Source: Balanoglossus misakiensis (taxonomy: Eukaryota; Animalia; Hemichordata). From it: a stretch of 64,000 bases of DNA. The notes below the pieces were generated by a model. It saw nothing but the letters and a program-made list of their open reading frames with translations, had not been told where the DNA came from and ran no database searches. The stretch lies in NCBI GenBank assembly GCA_040954595.2, contig CM082590.2:930001-994000 (forward strand). Reading direction: 5' to 3'. This document shows positions 59,001 through 64,000 of this stretch, one piece after another (positions within the stretch are counted from its first letter, which is position 1; the number at the start of each line of letters is the position of its first letter). A program made the position numbers and the translations under genes.

Positions 59001-62000
59001 CCACTGAAAATTGTATACACATAGATCTCTTTATGTCTGTATACATGTTTTAGGAGAGATATGTTTTTTTTTTCATATTACTTCTAAATAGATTATGCAA
59101 TCTTATAACCTAATCATTTCTAACATTTTGCCTCATGCTACATATATGTCATTGTCAAGATTCCCAAAACAGACTGATATAGTATCACTTAAAAAAAAGG
59201 ATAACAATATTCCAAACAGTATGTCCATTTCTTCAAAACACAAAATGTGAGTGATATACTTCTTGCATATTTTTATCATGTTTTCCACAATAATAGTACT
59301 GTTTTTGTAGATCAGAGGTTTTATGTTATTCAAATAAATATAATGAATAGCACATCATATGCAAATATGGCAGCCATGGTCCACTTTCATCATGAATTGA
59401 AATTCTCAAATGTGCTTTACCATCCTCCTGAACTGTGTTGAACTGGGACACTGCAAATTTTGATAATATGATGTTGATCACAATCACACGCACACTGACA
59501 GCATACTTTTTGGGAGATACAGGTATGAACACTATCAGTCATAATACTTTGGAATCCTCAACAAAGTACATATAGAAGAATTTAACAGAATTTAAATTTG
59601 CATGCCAAGTATAAAATTTCCTTGTGCCGTAGAAATAAAAATCTGCAAATGGTAGTCCTTCTGCCGGTAAACAGCATCAGATAAATTGTGCATGCTCATT
59701 GCCAAGGAAATTGAGGTGTACAGAAAAAAAAATAGAATGACAACAACTATGAAAGCTAACAATAGGAACACAGAGAACAGTTCTCCGTATTCATCATTAA
59801 TATGATAAGATTCACTGAAATTGTCGCATTCGTTGGCAGGCAAAGTCAGTTCCAATTCGGTTTGCAAATCAGGCCCATGTCTCTTGTTCCCTGAGACTGT
59901 CTGGTTCTAATAATAGCTGTAAGAACTTGACCGTTGACCTAACTTTTGGTTCAATTTTGCAACATTTTGTGGTTTCAAATGGTGCATATTTAACTCTGTT
60001 TCAACTTTAGTTGGAGGGATAATGATGAAGCCATTTCACTGACAAAATAGCGTTATGAATGGACGTCAGTATTTGTTTACAGTCAAATAATTTATTATTA
60101 ATGTTTATTTCGGATAAAAAATAATCCATAGAAGATAAAAAAATTAGAAAAAAAACTAATACGAGTTAAAATAGTCTTTGACACCAAACGTTCCATAATA
60201 AACTGTTTGAAAAAATAGACTTGGACAGTACAGAAGACACAATAAAATTACTAGAAAGATGAAACCTGCTCTGAAAACTATTTGACTTTTTCCTAAGTAT
60301 CGCATCAAAAGTTAAAACATGTAGATTATCAAGCAATAAAGTATTACTTTGAACTAAATTTGAAACCCGTTAATTTATGAAAAATCTGAGGATAAGCTGT
60401 TTTAGCGGTATCAAACATTTTCATAGAAAAATTACACCACAAGTAAGAACTGAACATAATATCACAAAAACAGAAAATGAATGACGCTTGACTGATATGA
60501 ATGCAAATTTAAAATCATGAATGATAGCGTTAATCCTAAGCATATAAAAAACGAGTCTGAGCTTGAATATCCTCCTTATCTTTAAGGTTACAAGATATTA
60601 AATGTCCAACATATTTGCAAACATTACCATAAGTCAGTAGTCTACCATTCATACAAATTGGAACTGCCTTAAGTTACCTAACACCTGGTTGAATTAGCAT
60701 ACACATTGTCTTTTTCTTGTTGTAAAATATAAAGTTTATACTACCATAACGACCTTAGCAATTAACTAACATTTGGTGACCGTAGCCTCCAGTAGAGAAA
60801 ATAACTATATCGTAATTCTGCCCTGTTTAACATCGCTTTTAGACTGGAATGGTGCAGTATAAAGCCGTTCTCCATTTAACAACAACTTGAAATGTTTACA
60901 AATAGAACAAAATTCCAATTAAGTAAGGCTTAACCCCACTTGTCATCATTTTCTGAAAAAGAACATCGTGATGAACATAGTCAAATACTTTTGAGGCGTT
61001 CATAAAAGTAACAAAAACATTCGTGTTATGATGTTTATAATAACTCAGAATTTCCTTCAATACAAAAATGGTCATATCATTAGCATTTTCTGGTTTAAAA
61101 TAAAATTAATGATTCATAGAAGAGAGAAATCCATAAAATGGTTTAAACAAACCCTCTCCTTAACAGTTTAGGAGCCGTTGTTGCAAATGCATTGCCATCT
61201 GAAAAATATTTTTTTTTGTAGAACTGCAAGACGTGTCACAGCTGTGAAATTCTAAGAAAATTCATTGATTGGGTAGAATTTGTGTTTTATGGATCTTAAA
61301 GTGCAGGGGTCATCGCACCGCGTTTGTTTATAAACATTACAATTCATTCACAGATCCCTGAAATTAGACAATTCTTAGAATGAAGCTAACCATAGCAATG
61401 ACCGGGTAGATCCTGAAGATCCTACAGTAGGTCGTGGCGACTGCAGTGAGGTTTTTCCTGGTAATAGGAGGACATATTCTCATCAAGGGGGACCCCCATG
61501 CGGCGCAACGACCCCTTCCCTTTAAACAGTATTAGTCATGAAACATAAATGTTTACCTCAGCAAAACTATGGCAAGCCAAGTTTTGCAAAATAAATAAAA
61601 CCATTTTTATGTTCATGAAAACAATTTTTTATTCATACACTTTTTCAACACTAGATGGCGATCCGCAATATTTAAAGCATACACTTGTTCAACTGTAGAT
61701 GGCGCTCTGCAATATTTCAAGCAGACAATGCTGAGTCAGATTTGCCTCTGGATTCAGATTCAGATTTATCGTTACAAAATGTCAAACATTTCATTTTGAG
61801 GTTGATCAATTGCATTTGTCTTTAATCAGTAAACATTCATAATTAAGCCAAAACTGAGAATTATCCGAAAATGGATAAAGCATTTGAGTGAAAATTCAGG
61901 ATTGTTAATAGCGGCTAGAGTAAAAATGCACTTGTAAAGGATTTTTTACTGTACCACTACAGGCTTAGTTTTATAGTCCCATGACTCTCCTTGACGATTT

Positions 62001-64000
62001 TTGTTTTGGACATCCATAACAAGGGGAGTCTTTCGGCTACATCACCGCAGCATGTGGGTTATTGTGGCAAACCACTCTACTAAACCAATTATCTGGTGCA
62101 ATTGATATATTATTCTAGCCACATGCATCTCTTACTGCAGCAGAGCCTGTGCTGAGGGACTGTTCAGTTTTTACGGCGGGGATAGGCAACAAAATCCAGG
62201 AGGTCACATAAATTTTGATATCAAAAGGGGGGGGTCATCTTTTTTGAGATATTGAGGGGGTCACATGCTTTTGCCCCCCAAAGGTTGGTTTTCAGTCCAC
62301 AAAAATGCAGTTTCGAGCCCTTTAGTTAACAAAATTTTCTATAACCACCTCTATTCTTTGCAACATTTCATTTATTGGTGGTTTATCAAGTGAACCATAG
62401 CAGAGTACTTGCTACCCCCCACCCCTACGGATGCTAAGTTTGAGTGGCAAAAGTAAAATTCGTCCTTGCGTATATTGAGTTGATTTGTTTTTAAGTAAAT
62501 TAAAATGCAACTTTGAGGTCCGTATTTTACACCCACTCCCCCACACACTTTTCACTTGTTAAGCTCTGCTGTCACTTGTGTCAGCCAAGCTGTAGCAGTA
62601 TGTTGATAAGTGTCTGTCCTTCGTCCGTCCCTCCGTCGTCCGTCAACTTTTGGTATTTCAATCTTCTTCTTTAAAACAACTTAGCATATTTAGCTGAAAT
62701 TTGGTTGGAATGTGTGTTATGTTGCCCTTAACTGATTTTGTTAATTTGGATTTGATGGGGTCATGAATATGCAAATTAGATCTAAAATAGAAGTTTTGGT
62801 AACAATCTTCTTCTCCACAATTACATGTACAATGGAGCTGAAATTTGGTAGGAATGTGTGTTATGGTGCCCCTACCTGATTTTGTTAATTGGAATTTTGT
62901 TGGGGTCATGAATATGCAAATTAGAACATTGGTGCTTTCTTTTGATGTTGTTCTTTAGGATTCAATTCTTTCTTTCTTTAGCACAATGAATCAAGCTGAA
63001 TTTGGATAAATACTTGTGATGACTTAAATACTTGTGATGTCTATGTTTGGTTTTGTTCAATAGAATACAATTGTTATGAATTAAAACCTAGGGTGTTCAT
63101 ATCATTGCCCAGGTTACACTGTTAAAGTCAGCAGAGCTCTTTTGACCGTTAGGTCACTTGTTTGTTTATACTAATTCTACCTACCATTGTATTGACCTAT
63201 CATTTTGATTTATTCTTAGATTTTTTATTACAACACCATAATGTACTTTTTTATACCTCAATTGTAAATTTCGGTAAGAATTTTAATGAGTGAGGAGGTG
63301 TGGGGAACATCTTTCCCTTTATTGCATACAGTACACATAAGATCAGGATGTCGAGCATGCTGTTGGAAACAGCTGTTTTCCTCCACAAGTAGTTGTGTAA
63401 TGTTTTCAGGGAGGTCATCCTATTTTCTTGCCTGTCAAACAGGAGGTCATCATTTTTTGTCCTGGGTGAAGGGGGGGGGTCTGCCTGATTTTGAAAGCCG
63501 ATGACACCAACTTGCTGACTCTCCCCAGCCATAAAAAAACTGAACAGTCCCTTATGACTCGTTGATGGGACACAACGGAACCAGCACTGCATCATGATAA
63601 TCAAGTGCTGTGGAAGTACATGTACCTAAGAAAATGTAGCATATGCACGAGACCTCGTCTACAGTGTGACAGTAATAGATCACCCTGTTATCTTAAAAAA
63701 GCCCCACAATCAATGCAATTGCAATGAATATCCCAAACAGTTAACACTACTGGAAGAGTCATTGATTTTAATTTCTGGAGGGGCTGAAGGATTTGTGTAT
63801 CATTTGTGTATCACTCTAAAAACAAAAATTTAAATTTGTTGATGAATGCCAGCAAAAAGCAGATGACCTGCTCACTTTTTGTGAATATTTAAGCCTCTGT
63901 GTAGCGTCGATTTAAATGACAAAAATGCTAAAAAAAAGAATGAGATTCACCATCTTTTGTGACAATGTACGTTTGATTTTTTTTACTCCACACCATAAGC
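53004..64000 (-). repeat. Right arm of giant inverted duplication (continues beyond window)
   Basis: Reverse complement of 17143-29828, lacking 22231-22961 and ~26381-27238. Confidence 0.97.
60089..61183 (-). mobile_element. Mirror copy of the decayed RTEX-like LINE fragment
   Basis: Reverse complement of 20042-21136 with CAAAT TSD. Confidence 0.75.

Overview
AT-rich eukaryotic (probably marine invertebrate) genomic DNA made almost entirely of transposable elements and repeats; no host gene could be supported. In order: a 130-bp satellite (1-1036), a degenerate DIRS/Ngaro-type tyrosine-recombinase (YR) retrotransposon (~1037-4250, +), a BEL/Pao LTR retrotransposon (4251-11382, +), and Helentron/HINE-like repeats and satellites. 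A giant inverted duplication follows (17143-29828 vs 53004-64000, running off the window). Its 23-kb spacer holds a Russian-doll nest: a possible Kolobok-like shell, then a second YR retrotransposon bounded by a perfect 26-bp direct repeat (34482-51425, -). The gag of that element is split by (i) a Gypsy-type LTR element with an HhH-Gag, a protease and a TatD nuclease remnant but no RT/IN (38106-42252) and (ii) a Ginger-type DNA transposon with ~1.1-kb foldback TIRs encoding a spliced integrase-OTU deubiquitinase-F-box-like protein (42492-50499). All domain calls come from motif recognition by eye; no searches were run.
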